Shown one piece after another: positions 48,046 to 60,356 of a stretch of DNA of 64,000 bases. The first letter of the stretch is position 1; each line of letters begins with the position of its first letter. Both the position numbers and the translations under genes were made by a program. Source of the DNA: Diadema antillarum (Eukaryota); assembly GCF_040938485.1 (NCBI RefSeq), contig NW_027271426.1, forward strand, positions 992,001-1,056,000. The letters are read 5' to 3'. The notes below the pieces were generated by a model. That model was not told where the DNA came from. It ran no database searches and was given only the letters and a program-made list of their open reading frames with translations.

Positions 48046-48771
48046 GAACCCCCCCCCCCCCCGACATTTCGCGCCACGATTCCGCAACGCGCAAAGATTT
48101 TGCCGCGTCGTTTCATAATTTTTTTTATTGAAGTCTCCCGCATATTTTGAGACCAAATTTGCGACGTCCGGGTACACCGTTCTGAAGTTAAGTAATGTTT
48201 TGCATATGCATGTCAACCCGAAAACAGCTCAAATTCATGATATCGTGTGCAAATCCAATGCAAATTGTGTTTTGGGGTTAAATTGATACAAATTAGATCA
48301 TTTCAACTTTTAACCACTGAAATTAATTGAATCTAGTGTAGATAAGCTTGAAAAAGTGCCTGCACCAAATTTTGGCAAAAAATAGAAAACAAAAGGTCGA
48401 AAAAAAAACAATAAAATACATAAGAAATTAACAAAACAATAAAAAACAAAAGAAATTGATTTTGATTGTGCTATTTTTTACAAGAAAATTGTTTGATGTG
48501 TCTTGAGGAACTCTTGACACAAAAATTTAGCACTCCTTCAATCTTTTTAATGGAGTTACAGGTGAAAATATGATTTCAAGCATACATTTGCATGATTAAT
48601 TTATTAAAAGTAGAAAGCCAATATTTTTCTATTCTATGACAATGTAATCTTGTAGTTGACATCCGGCTCTATCTTTAGGCAAAATTTTGCGGCGATCGCG
48701 CGATCGGCGGCCGAGATCTGAAGCCCTCCCCCAGTAAAAACTCGGTCTCAAATAGCCCAGTTAAAATAGGG
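48046..48771 (-). mobile_element. Second, inverted copy of the piggyBac-like MITE family
   Basis: Reverse complement of 48647-48722 aligns with 47185-47270; taggg|ttaa terminus at 48771. Confidence 0.65.
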
Positions 48772-48859
48772 TTAAAGCGCGATAGGCCTACATGAAGATT
48801 ATAATGTAGGCCTATATAGCTAATGATTTGGGAGCATGAATTTTTACTTTGCTGTAATT

Positions 48860-49503
48860 AACGAGGGTTTAGATAATACACTATGTATGTGACTTGCTCG
48901 TTGCGGGAGTGCACTATATAAACAGTGCACCTCAAGAAAAACAAGACGAACACGATTATAACGAAATGTCGGATGTAACGAAGTGAGATTAAGGTAACAA
49001 AAATTACCTGTATAGGGACCATTCTTCATATAATTTATTTGTTTGGCTATAACGAAATGTCGATATAAAGCAAAAGAAAACTGCCCGTCCCGAAGACTTC
49101 GTTATACTGTAATGGGAGTTGCCCCGGGGAGTTGCCTGTATATCATTCTGATGTATTGTATTATGTTCTCATTAATGATTCGCAAGATAATAATCTTAGT
49201 CATCGAAGAGTGTGATTAATGAAAGTAGCCATCGCAGGCTTAGGCAAAATCGGCTCAAAATGAGGTGAAGACGGGATTTCATTATCTAGATAGTCCATAT
49301 AACATAGGTTTGCCTACAGTGCACTCGGTTAACGAACACGGTTATAACGAATTCCCGGTTACAACGAAGTAAAAATTCAGGCTGCAACATTATCCTCTCT
49401 ACATATGTGTTTCTATTGTTTATTTGTTCGGTTATAACGATATTTCGATACAATGAAAGAAACTGCAGGTTCCGAGGACTTCTTTATAACGGCGGTCCAC
49501 TGT
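48860..49503. mobile_element. Cluster of degenerate pogo/Tigger-like MITE relics
   Basis: Repeated ttataacga/cgttataa motifs; tacagtg...cactgta ends at about 49316-49503. Confidence 0.5.
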
Positions 49504-49933
49504 AGTAGGCCTAACTAACATGTTGTGGCAGTTCAAGTATTGCTGTCTTGGTCGTAATACTAATCACTGAAAAAATAAATGTATAAATCATGCGAACTGT
49601 GATTCAACCCTAAAATGGCATTAAGGCACTCCATCCTCACGCGCAAGCGCGTGCTTAGCAAAGGACCAGACAGGTTAGTAATTGCATTCTTCATCAGCGA
49701 CCAGGATGAAATATTGATGCTCCACATCCTGGTCGCTGATAATGAAGAATGCGATCAATATTATATTAAGTGTGTGTGGATGATATCAGCAAAGACTGCA
49801 TTGTGTGGCGAAATTACCAAATTTTAGTTTAGGGTTTTCTCATAAAGGCTGTCAAGAAAAAATAGCGCATAAATATAGTGCAGTTTTGGGAGGTCAAGGT
49901 ATTCATTTCGCAACAGTTACAGTAGCAGGTGTG

Positions 49934-52900
49934 TTATGAGGAGTTGTTGGGAACCTCAGTGACGAGGGGTCGGCCCTGGATGCCCGCCCAGAGGTTGTCG
50001 ACGCAGTTTTGCATCACCTCGTCCAGAGTCCTGCCGACGAACGCCGAGACGTGGGGAGTGACGATAACGTTGGGCATGTGGAGGAGAGGGTGCTCCTTCG
50101 GCAGGGGCTCAGGGAACGTGGCGTCTAGCGCCGCACCAAGGATGATGCCATCTTTCAGAGCCTCCACCAACGCCTCCTGGTCGAAAATTAGACCTGCATC
50201 GAGCAGTGGCAGCACACGAGCGCACATTATGCATCGATCACCCACGGATGCACATCCATATACGCACATACCATCACATAAAACAAAAAACACAAAATAA
50301 CAAAGAAACAAACAAAGTGACTTTGGTTAATCGACGTAGACCACTATTGTAAAGTTCCTTCCTACTATATACAGGATTATAATTGAATGGTCAACAAAAA
50401 TACTGGCCGTTGATTGGTAATAATGCAATGACATGTAGGCCTCCGGTAAGAGCAGTTCAAGCATTTTGACTGGTTTTCAACGAGGCTAGAATGGAAGGAT
50501 GTTAATTATGTAGTCTATGTAGCATTGTCTATCGTTGTACATGAAAGTCCCTGCATGGGAAGGTTTATTTTCCCCTCGAGACAACATAACTGCTTTCCAT
50601 CAGAGCTGCCGGCAGCTCTGCTCCCTTTGGGCGAATTATAATCTCTGGGGGGAAATGTCACTGTTTGACACAAGCATTCATCTCATCAGTTGCTCTCTGT
50701 CATATTGAGTGAAACAATGTCTTAACACTGAGGGTTCTGCAATATTTCCACTGATGTTGGTCTGAGACAGCATTATCGTCATGTTTCACGAACAAGGTTA
50801 TTGCTCATTAGAAGAAACTATTGGGGTAATTTCCAATATTGGACAGACATGATAATGGATAAAATGCATGTCATCATGAAGACGTTGAATGTTGACCATT
50901 CAAGCGTATCATACCTCTCGCAATATTGACGATGATGGCGGTGTTCTTCATCAGACTCAGTTGCTTCTTGCCCATCACGTGCCGCGTGCTGTCGTTCAGC
51001 GGAGCGGCGACGACGAGGAAGTCTACGACCGGTAGCATTTCTTCCAGCGTCGAACAGTACGTAGCTTGAACCTCCTTCTCCTCCTCTTCACTCCTGCCTC
51101 GCCCAGATGAAGACACATAAGAGTTACGTTCAGACGGTGATCCTTAACCCCGAGGACAAGCTCTATCGGGTGTCAAGTGCCGCACGGTCCATTTTGTTAC
51201 GAAATCAGTAGTTCCGTCACGAAATGACTGATTTCTGTACGAAATGGATCATTTCGTCGACGATATGACTGATTTTTTTTTCGACAAAATGACCATTTCG
51301 TCGACAAAATAACTGATTTCGTCACGAAATCGACAGTGCGACACTTGGCGCCCCATAGGGCCTATCCTAGCAGTTAACTTATCCTCGAAGTTAATGACTA
51401 CCGTCTGTACTTCCTTATTATTATTCCAAGTTTTCAAAACGCGGGGTGGGGTCACAGATAGTATACATGAATCGAAATTTAAAGCAGTCAAAGACGCTAA
51501 TTATGCAATAGTATAAGAATTCGTGACATCGTCAGATATTGTAATATTTCACGGGAGACTTTTCAGAGTGATGTAATAGCCCGCGTGCAGTTCTGATGAA
51601 GAAGAGTAGAAAGTGTCGCATACGGTAGCTTTTATGCAAATTTGTATGACAGAAGACATCAAATAACATGGAGTACATGTAGTAGGACATTGAGACAGGG
51701 GTACTTCTTTGCCTGTCATCATGGTGTGTTTTGACCAGGAATAAAATACATTGTAACTGTATGTTTGCGTAGTCAATTTTTCAGCATAAAGTATTGCCGT
51801 TTATTATTTTGACATGAATTTTCCACATCTCAACTACCTTTGAAGTAGGCCTACTCGGAGAAATCATTGGTAGCCTATATTACGGGCATATTACATTCAC
51901 TTCTTGCTCTTCATTTTCGGTTTCGTGAAACACAGATTCTTTATTTTACGTCAATTTGAAATCAAGTACACTGTATTCTGCATCATATCCGGCGGAGAAC
52001 ATGAGAGCTGGAGAAAGAAAAAAAAATCTCTCTTTCCAAAGGTACACTTTCCTTTATTCTTTTTGTTGTGTTTTTTAGATTCTTGTTGTCTTAGTTATAA
52101 AACTATACAATCTTACCACACACCATATTTATAGGCCCTATACAGAACATACTGATTGCAAATTGATCTCTATATCGCATGCTAAACTCGAAGTCAACTC
52201 ATTACCGTTTCCTCCTGTTATGGTACAGCACCCTCATTTTGAATCCTGCCGCTCTCCTCGCGACCTCGTATCCGATTGCCCCCATTCCCAGAACGCCGAG
52301 CGTTGTTCCCGACACGGGAATCCCGTACAAGTCGTCTGTTCGCTTCCATCCGAGATTCAGTGAGTCCTTGTCGTAACCACGCGCTCTCCCAATACCTGTG
52401 TTACGGCGACACAACGAGTTACTTCAAATTTTATGTTTTATTTTCATTAAAACAAAAAGGGTAAAAATAAAACCGATATCGAGCAGTCATTAGCTTCACC
52501 ATCGCAACTGATTGAAAAATTGCCATCCATCGACGTATAGCAGAAATTGACAATATCATTCAGTTACAGTATTGCAGTACACCCGCTGCAATAAATGATA
52601 AGACTCATTACCGGCCACTGGAAGCTTGGTATCTAGTCGCTGGTCTAGTGGATATGACGCGTGTCTAACAATAAGGAGGTCATGGGTTCATGTCCCACCC
52701 TAGTAGGTATACCTATGATTTTTATTAGGCCTATTACTATACTATAACGTCTAAATATTGAATAATGATCAGTGCTTATTTACGTAAATTAGTCAATAAC
52801 TTGCAAACTTCTTCTTTTTCGTCTTCATCTTCTTCTTCTTCTTCTTTCTTTATTCTTCTTCTGTTTCATGGACTACACAGACAAACTTTGGACTAATTTT

Positions 52901-55115
52901 GTACGCGTAATATCACCTGCATGATGTGCTCAAAGGTAGCTCAGAAGAAAGTACAGACAGCTATGATAAAAGAAGCTAAAATATTAGTGGGGAGATCTCG
53001 TTGACTCACAGACCGGAAGTTTCCGCGCTGCGGCGAGCAGCAACCCGAAAGCAAAGTCAGCGCATGTGTCATCCAGGATGCCTCGAGCGTGGCCGACCTT
53101 TAGACCTAGTTTCCATAGCAACGGGAGATTAAGGTGATTGGTACCTGTGCTGTGGGTCGTTACAACCTGTGGAGAATCATCGCCGGACTCATGAGAGGGA
53201 AGAATGTGTTGATTTCGTTCTTCAACTCTCTCAACTCATTTAACACATGGGTACATGAGATTATTGTGGGGAAACGCTCATAAAGTAGTATGCAAAAAAA
53301 AATGATTAAACAATAAATAAAACACAACAAAATAGGAACAGAAAACCCTTATGCATTAAAGGGATCGTATACATTATAGTTTTGGTTGAGCCTTAACTTC
53401 AGGTTTATATCATTTTTTTGTTGAGATAGTGAGAAACCCCTTATGAAATTTGAAAGAGCATGTAATTTCAAGAGGGATTCAATGCTTATTTGATGAAAAT
53501 TGGTTTTGAAATGGCCGAGATGTCCAAAACAGAGCGATCCTAATAAAGTGTGGGACCCACATTTTATTACGATCGTTTTGTTTTACTTTGTTTTTGGATG
53601 TTTCAGCTATTCCAAACCCGATTTTTATCAAATAAACTTTGAATTCCTCTTAAAATGGTATGCTCTGAACTATTTCATAAGTATTTTCATGGTATCTCGC
53701 AAAAAAGGTTAAAGCCCAATTTTGTACCATCCCTTTAAGAAGACACCGTATAACAATTCCGCGCAAGTGATTAAGATCAGAGGAAATTTCCCCGCGATGG
53801 CAAAATTTATTAGGTCTGGCCAATTCCCTCGTGCTCGTTGTAACTTTGTAAAGTCTCTTCATTTTAATATATCATGCAAACCTAATGTAAGTATACCATC
53901 AATGCAATGACAAGTGAAATTCATTCAAATCCGTTCACTATAGCCCATTACATGCCTAAATGAAAGTAACCGCCGTCAGCAGCGATCAGCAATTTTTCTC
54001 CAAGAATTTTTTCATGGCCAGTATAGGCCTCATAGTTGTTGCAGAAACAAACATCTTTTGTGTGTGTGTGGGGGGGGGGGGAGCGAGGAGCGTTGGGATG
54101 AAGATTTTCTGAGTATTTTACGACCACTTGGGCTCTGGAAGGAGAATAGCAATTTTGGGATTACGGTGCCCTCTATTTGGAAAATTAGAAATTAGAGATG
54201 ATACTTCAAATATATCGTCTTTAATAATGAATGACGATTTACAGTATGCAATTCGTTTCTGCTAAAGACATTTGGTGAGGATAATCCCGGGTCACCAATT
54301 TGTCTGTACTTTGAAAAAAAAAATGATGTCCAGTTTACAATATGTAGATTATATGCTCTTATCGTGTACACATCAGTAAATATAAATACATCATGCTCTA
54401 GCTGTACATATATGAATTTTGTATGAATATTTTATTTATATATTATTAATCGAATGATACACGTCTTACAAGCACCGCATTTCAGTAGATCACTCTTGTC
54501 CATCGCAATAAATAACTTCTTTCTTGTCCTCGCCAAGTATGTATTGTTCCTATCATTCATTGGTATAAATCTGTGTATCACTTTCTTAGGACTTGTACTT
54601 CTTTCAAATTGTTAAAACAATATGATTTGTCAAATGCAGTGACGGTTCCAGGAGGGGGACTTTTTTTTTTTTTTTTTTTTTTTGCTTGTCAGCTGATGAA
54701 ACTCGGAAGTAGCATTTGCTTTGCGCCCCCCCCCCCCTTTACGGAATTCCTGGATCCTCCCCTGAAATGTATACTTTGCATGATGTATTACCTTTAGTTG
54801 GATGGAAATAAAGTAATTGTTTATTCATTTATTCATTCATTTTTGCGGTAAGAGGGCGTGGCATTAACGAAATTTACTGCTCACCTTGAGGTTGGGCATG
54901 CTTCGCAAGATCTCTTCGGTTATCTCCGGCTTGTAGAACGGTATGTGAAGAAAACCTTGGATCCGTTCGCGGTAACGCAAGGGGTCCGCCACGAAATCAT
55001 CCCAGATCACCAACCGAAAGTTCTCCAGGAGTAACCGCTTTGAAGATTCCCTGAACGGCGTAGCCGTCGTCAGTATCCACGGCTTGACTGAGTCATCTTG
55101 GGCATCGGTCTCCAT
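49934..55115 (-). CDS. D-isomer-specific 2-hydroxyacid dehydrogenase (glyoxylate/hydroxypyruvate reductase-like), 338 aa
   Basis: Exons 55115-54885, 53166-53010, 52395-52206, 51093-50915, 50193-49934, GT-AG and phase-consistent (1017 nt). GMGAIG Rossmann motif, NIARG, AALDAT.PEP and TPH catalytic motifs. Confidence 0.92.
51168..51353. mobile_element. Small intronic MITE with cgaaat/atttcg repeats
   Basis: Imperfect TIR gggtgtcaagtgccgcac / gtgcgacacttggcgccc. Confidence 0.6.
53360..53734. mobile_element. Kolobok-like MITE in intron 1 of the dehydrogenase gene
   Basis: TTAA TSD, termini agggatcgtat / gtaccatccct; its 5' end also appears at about 20471. Confidence 0.75.
54637..54764. mobile_element. 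Short member of the CAGTGGCGGATCCAG-type family with 5-bp TSD
   Basis: Termini cagtgacggttccagg / cctggatcctcccctg; AAATG on both flanks. Confidence 0.65.
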
Positions 55116-57181
55116 GGCGACGGTCGAGTATCTTAAGGTTCATTTAAGATAAGATGTGTGTGTGTGGGGGGGGGGGGGGTGGCAGACAGAGGCAGGGAAA
55201 CCCAGAAGAATGTCATTACACATAAATTGAGCAGCTGCAAAATTTATCATTCAATAAAAAAAAAATGAGTTTGCGTTAGTTCTAAATTCGAAATGAAGAA
55301 AAACCAGCAACATGCATGACACTGTATGATTATGAGATGATTACTGGCCAGCAACATGAATAGATATATCGAGATGATAACGATATGAAAATAGGCCTCA
55401 TCTTTGCTTTCTATCCAGCGTCTTACCAAAACGCTTGAGACGCACAGACACAGTTGCACATTAATGTATATCATGTGCATTTCCCTATAGTGGTCACTGG
55501 AATCAAACTTGCGTTGAACACATTACCTACAGCGTACAAATTATACTCGTGACCTGAAGAGAGATGAATCGAGAACTCCAGTAATGCAGGCTGTCATATT
55601 GGCTGATTTTTAGGAGTATAGAAATCATGTTATGGCGTATAGACAATGATAATTGAAACTCATCAGAACATTGTTTAAACACGAAATCCAACACCCCAAA
55701 TGAATAAATTCTTAAACAAAACAAAAAAATCCCTACAGAATAATATGTTCCAAAAAGGACAAAAATTGAATAACAAATAAGGAAGACATGACATTTAGAA
55801 TGTCCCCCTTTTTTTTGGGGGGGGGGGGGGGCACATTTCTCGACCCACCCTTATACGAATATTCAAATAGGAGAGCGAGTCGATGGTGTCATGTCCTCAC
55901 AATTTTTCATGTATGTCATGATATGAAATTAGGAGGGGGGAATTCTATTTTTAGCTATGATATAGGCCTACAGGTAAAAGCACATTCCCATACAAAAATA
56001 ATTTATATCTGGGTTAACATACATTTGTTCTTTTTTTAATTTGTGTAGTTTTCAGGCAAGTTTTATATTCACACAGCTGAAATATATTTTTGTCGTCTCT
56101 GTATGAAATGAATTAATAAGAAAATGTGAGGGAATGGCACCATCAACTTGTTGATTTGAATATTCATAACGGCTGGTCAAGAAGCTAGTGTTTTCCAAAA
56201 GAAACTGAAATTTCAAAACATCATAACTTCCTTATTTCTTATCCGATTTTGATCATTTTTGCACTGCGTTCTTCTCTTTCTCATGGAATTGATACCAATG
56301 ATAGGCCTACATTTGGAGTGGATCTCTTCATGAATATGGACAAACAGTTGAGATTCTAAAATAAAAAAAAACAACAACAAAGAAGGAACGGCAGCATATC
56401 ACATAACAATTGAAGACCACCCCTTCCCAGCGGCTGTGTGCCTCGACCTCTCGATCCCCTCCACCCTCCCTTTTCCTCCCTTGTGGGTCAATCCCCACCC
56501 CCCCCCCCCAAGCCTTCCTGCATATACTCACGTGCCAACACATAAACACACACACGAACCAGGTGAGGCGAATATTAGAAGTACATGTACATGTACTGAT
56601 AGGCCCAAGGAAGGGTATTGAGCCCAGCGAGGTGAGACGAAACATGGCATGCGTAAGAACACACATTCAGGCCATTCACCTACCTCCCTATAGCCCTATA
56701 CACCTTTTCAGGCAGTAACCAGCTGGAATTACCGGAAAGCAGCGTAGAAACCCGTTTCCATTCGAATAATAATTAGGATCATTGCCACAACGTGCAGAGT
56801 CGAGTCAAGGTGTATAAGTACCTGGTGGAAACGATCCAGTGTCTAACAGTGGGTATTCGGCGTTGCAACCCCGCGTTTCCTTTCAAAATGTGATCGGTAC
56901 CGACTGCCAAAAACGAACGAAGGAGCATACCGTTTGCTCTTCCTAATACGTACTATAGCGTATGAGCTGTACCTATACAAAGACATACAGAAATAAAGAA
57001 AGAGAGAAAGAAAGGGTCAAGAAGTGCTTGTGCAGATTCGTGTGACGTGGGGTCGCACGTACACATAATTGTATTACGTAATGTCTTATGCAAACTGTCT
57101 CAGAGGGTAGCATATTTCTCGTGGTTAGGCAGCCTTCCACACGAAAGAAATTTCAAAGAAATTCCTTTCCTTGCATATGTG

Positions 57182-57189
57182 TATAAATA
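57182..57189 (+). promoter_or_regulatory. TATA box in DIRS left ITR (mirrored antisense in right ITR)
   Basis: TATAAATA about 55 nt upstream of the gag ATG at 57244. Confidence 0.55.
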
Positions 57190-57243
57190 GAGTGAGAGGA
57201 AGGTGCGAGACCATCATTTCTTTGTGTGCAGGCAGACTTCATC

Positions 57244-58365
57244 ATGTCTTCTTCCGACGACAACGACACACGCTTAAGAGCCGGAAAGCCGACGACGGGG
57301 GTCGAGGAGCAATTAGCCAGCCAGGCCGCGGAGATACGTCGGCTTTCGGATGCCCTCTCACGGCTTTCCGGCGAACACAGCCGCAGTGCTCAGCACGCGA
57401 TGACCTTGAGCCCTAGGGCTGGAGACGACATTAGTGTTTTCGCGGACGACACGTCCCTCACAGCAGGCCTCCGCGGCGAGGCTGCCCTTTCGCTCCCGGG
57501 AGAGCGTTACGACCCATAGTGGAGTCGCTGCTTTCCGCTTTGTCCCCCAACCCTCGAGGGGACGTAGATTTGGAGATGGACAGCGAAATGTACACAGAGG
57601 GAAGAGACCTGGGTCCCCCTCTATTCGAGAAATTGGCCGACAGGCTGACAAAGTCAATGACCATGCCCCCCGAAAAGACGGCTTTGGAACGCATCGGGGA
57701 AAGATACAAAACGCCCTCCAATGCCCCCGCGGCAAGCGCCCCGCGAGTTGACCCGGAAATATGGAGTACGCTACCGGGCCGCGTCAGGGCTAAAGGACGT
57801 GGGAACTCAAAAGCTGCTGCGACAAGTCGTAAAAGGGGCGCTGCCCTACAGCCTTATTCTAGAGGAACTAAACGGCATCTCAAAGGGGGAAAAAGTTCTG
57901 GATATCGAAAGACTGAAAAGTCTGGCTTTGGACGGCCTAACCCTCTCGGGATACGCTGTTTATGAGCTCAGCATGAGGAGGAGAGAGGATCTTAAAGGGG
58001 GTATCGCGCCGCGATACCGTGGATTGTGTAGTAGGAATACACCCCTCGCGGACACCCTGTTCGGGAGCGATTTGTCGGCCACTATGAGAAAGGTATCAGA
58101 CGCCTACAACGTGGGCCAGAGGGTCCAAACGACCAGACCTCCCCGCAGCCGTGAGGCGACGGCTGGGGACAGACGACGCCCCTTCAGGGAAACGTACCCA
58201 TATTTCATCCCCCAGCGTCGCTACCCGACCCGTCCAGCACAGCATCAGGCTTGGGGGCGAGGCTTTGCTAGTGCCACAGTGTCCCGCCCTCCCACACATC
58301 CGGGGCCTCCACCAAAGACTCACTTTCATCCCCGCGTCAAGCCTTCTGGCGAGTCAAAAAACTAG
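57244..58365 (+). pseudogene. DIRS gag-like ORF1 with two frameshifts (about 57517 and about 57794)
   Basis: Joined frames give ..APRVDPEIW..RAKDVGTQKLL..ELSMRRREDLK..YRGLC..LFGSDL, typical of DIRS gag. Confidence 0.8.
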
Positions 58366-60356
58366 TAAGTCCCCCCCTTCAAGCGGGGCGGTTATCGTTC
58401 TTCAGAGAGGCATGGTCTCAAATCACCTCAGATTCTTGGGTTTTAAACGCCATTTCGGGTTACAGAATCGATTTCACTGCAGTCCCAACGTTCAAATTCG
58501 TTCCCGGGACTCTTCCCTTCTCCCAAAATGAAAGGGATGTTATAAGCAATGAAGTTCGCACTCTGCTTTTAAAAGGTGCAATACGAGAAATTGATAAGCA
58601 GGAGTGCGCTTTCGTGTCATCTATTTTCGTCATTCCGAAAAAGTCGGGAGATTTGAGACCTGTAATAAATCTGAAAAACCTTAACCGCTTTGTCAAGTAC
58701 GAACATTTCAAAATGGAAACTTTCAAGCTCGTTTCAGAAGTGATTACTAAAGGTGATTTTCTGACGTCTATTGATCTAAAAGACGCTTACTTTTCCATTC
58801 CAATTCACCAATCTCAGCATAAATATTTAGCATTCAGCTGGAATGACAAATTCTTTTGCTTTCAGTGTCTTCCGTTCGGTCTCAGCTCGGCTCCAAGGGT
58901 CTTCACCAAAGTTATGAAACCCGTTATAGCAACTATCCGTGCTAAAGGAATTCGAGCCCTTATTTATTTAGACGACCTTCTCATTCTTTCATGTTCCGAA
59001 GAGGAAAGTCTTGAGCATACAAACTTTGTAAGGGAGCTATTGGAATCCCTTGGGTTTATCATAAATCAAGAAAAGTCTTGCTTTCAGCCAAGACATACGG
59101 CTATTTACTTAGGTTTCGTAATCGATTCATTATCCATGCATTACAGCATTCCTGCTGAAAAAGTACAGAAACTTCACGGCTCCGCCGTATCCCTCCTGAA
59201 CAATAGTAAAGTCACTATTAGAAGCCTGGCGCATTTCATTGGTCTTATTGTTTCTATTTTCGGCGCCTATCCACTCGGTAGGCTACATTACCGCCAGTTG
59301 GAATATGCTAAAATCCAGGCCTCTTCTTGCATACTTAACCCACCTGCCAGGGCAGAAATTCAGTGGTGGCTCGCACAGCCCGTGCATTCCTTTGTTTCCC
59401 CCATCCATAGACCCAACCCATCTGTCACGATCTCTACAGACGCCAGTACACAAGGTTGGGGTGCATTGCGTCATTCAGATAACTCCTTTTCACAAGATCA
59501 CTGGGCAGAGGAAGATCGAAATTTACATATCAATGAGCTCGAGTTGCTGGCTGTTGAACGGGCCTTGCCTGATTTATGCACTGACTGCTTCAATGAACAT
59601 ATTCACGTTCTGTGCGACAACAGCACAGCTGTTAGTTACTTAAACAAGATGGGAGGATGTGTACCTCGGCTAAACATAATAGCCAATAATATTTGGAAAT
59701 GGTGCGTTAAGAGAAGCAACTGGTTATCTGCCCATCATATTTCGGGCATGCATAATTCGTTGGCGGATTCATTATCTCGCAGAGATCTTAATAAGGAGTT
59801 ACACCTTTCGCCATGCATCTTTTCTTCTCTCATTAAACAGCTACCATTTCAACCTTGTATTGATTTGTTTGCGTCACGATTTACCCACCAATTGCCAGTT
59901 TATGCATCATGGAAGGCGGATCCAAATGCATACGTCATAGACGCCTTCTCGATTTCATGGGAAAATTTAACTCCATACCTTTTCCCCCCATTTTGTCTTA
60001 TTTGCAGAACCCTTCAGAAATTAAGAACCGATCGAACACCGTATGCCATCCTAGCGCCAATATGGCGAGCGCAACCATGGTACCCCACGCTACTCAATAT
60101 TATGGTCATCGCCCCGCCCTTGCTCCTCCCAGCGGATTGTCTGGTGACCCCCCTTCCCGACCCCAACCTAACTCTACGCCTGGCCGCGTGGATTATCTCA
60201 TCAGCAGAATGCAGTCAAACGGACTTTCTCAAGTCGCTACCGACCTTATCGCACACTCATGGCGGGAGCGAACGAATAAGCGATACGAGTCGGCATGGCA
60301 ACAATGGTTACGCTGGTGTTGTAAGGAATCATTTGATCCCTATTCACCGTCTATAA
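58365..60356 (+). CDS. DIRS reverse transcriptase - RNase H - adenine methyltransferase-like ORF
   Basis: Frame open from before 58365 (VSPPLQAGRLSFFREAW..); RPVINLK, IDLKDAYF, LPFGLSSAPRVFTK, YLDD, TDAS..GWG, HINELEL, DNSTAV, IDLFASR..YLFPPF..PWYP. Start codon uncertain. Confidence 0.92.
   Translation, partial: VSPPLQAGRLSFFREAWSQITSDSWVLNAISGYRIDFTAVPTFKFVPGTLPFSQNERDVISNEVRTLLLKGAIREIDKQECAFVSSIFVIPKKSGDLRPVINLKNLNRFVKYEHFKMETFKLVSEVITKGDFLTSIDLKDAYFSIPIHQSQHKYLAFSWNDKFFCFQCLPFGLSSAPRVFTKVMKPVIATIRAKGIRALIYLDDLLILSCSEEESLEHTNFVRELLESLGFIINQEKSCFQPRHTAIYLGFVIDSLSMHYSIPAEKVQKLHGSAVSLLNNSKVTIRSLAHFIGLIVSIFGAYPLGRLHYRQLEYAKIQASSCILNPPARAEIQWWLAQPVHSFVSPIHRPNPSVTISTDASTQGWGALRHSDNSFSQDHWAEEDRNLHINELELLAVERALPDLCTDCFNEHIHVLCDNSTAVSYLNKMGGCVPRLNIIANNIWKWCVKRSNWLSAHHISGMHNSLADSLSRRDLNKELHLSPCIFSSLIKQLPFQPCIDLFASRFTHQLPVYASWKADPNAYVIDAFSISWENLTPYLFPPFCLICRTLQKLRTDRTPYAILAPIWRAQPWYPTLLNIMVIAPPLLLPADCLVTPLPDPNLTLRLAAWIISSAECSQTDFLKSLPTLSHTHGGSERISDTSRHGNNGYAGVVRNHLIPIHRL

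Noticed and set aside
52637-52710. tRNA-like sequence with A/B-box resemblance
   Set aside because: No convincing cloverleaf; likely a decayed SINE head, so no tRNA gene called.
56300-57060. Flank possibly belonging to an older DIRS copy (nested targeting), with 62370-62640
   Set aside because: No ORF remnants or ITR/ICR matches could be shown by eye.
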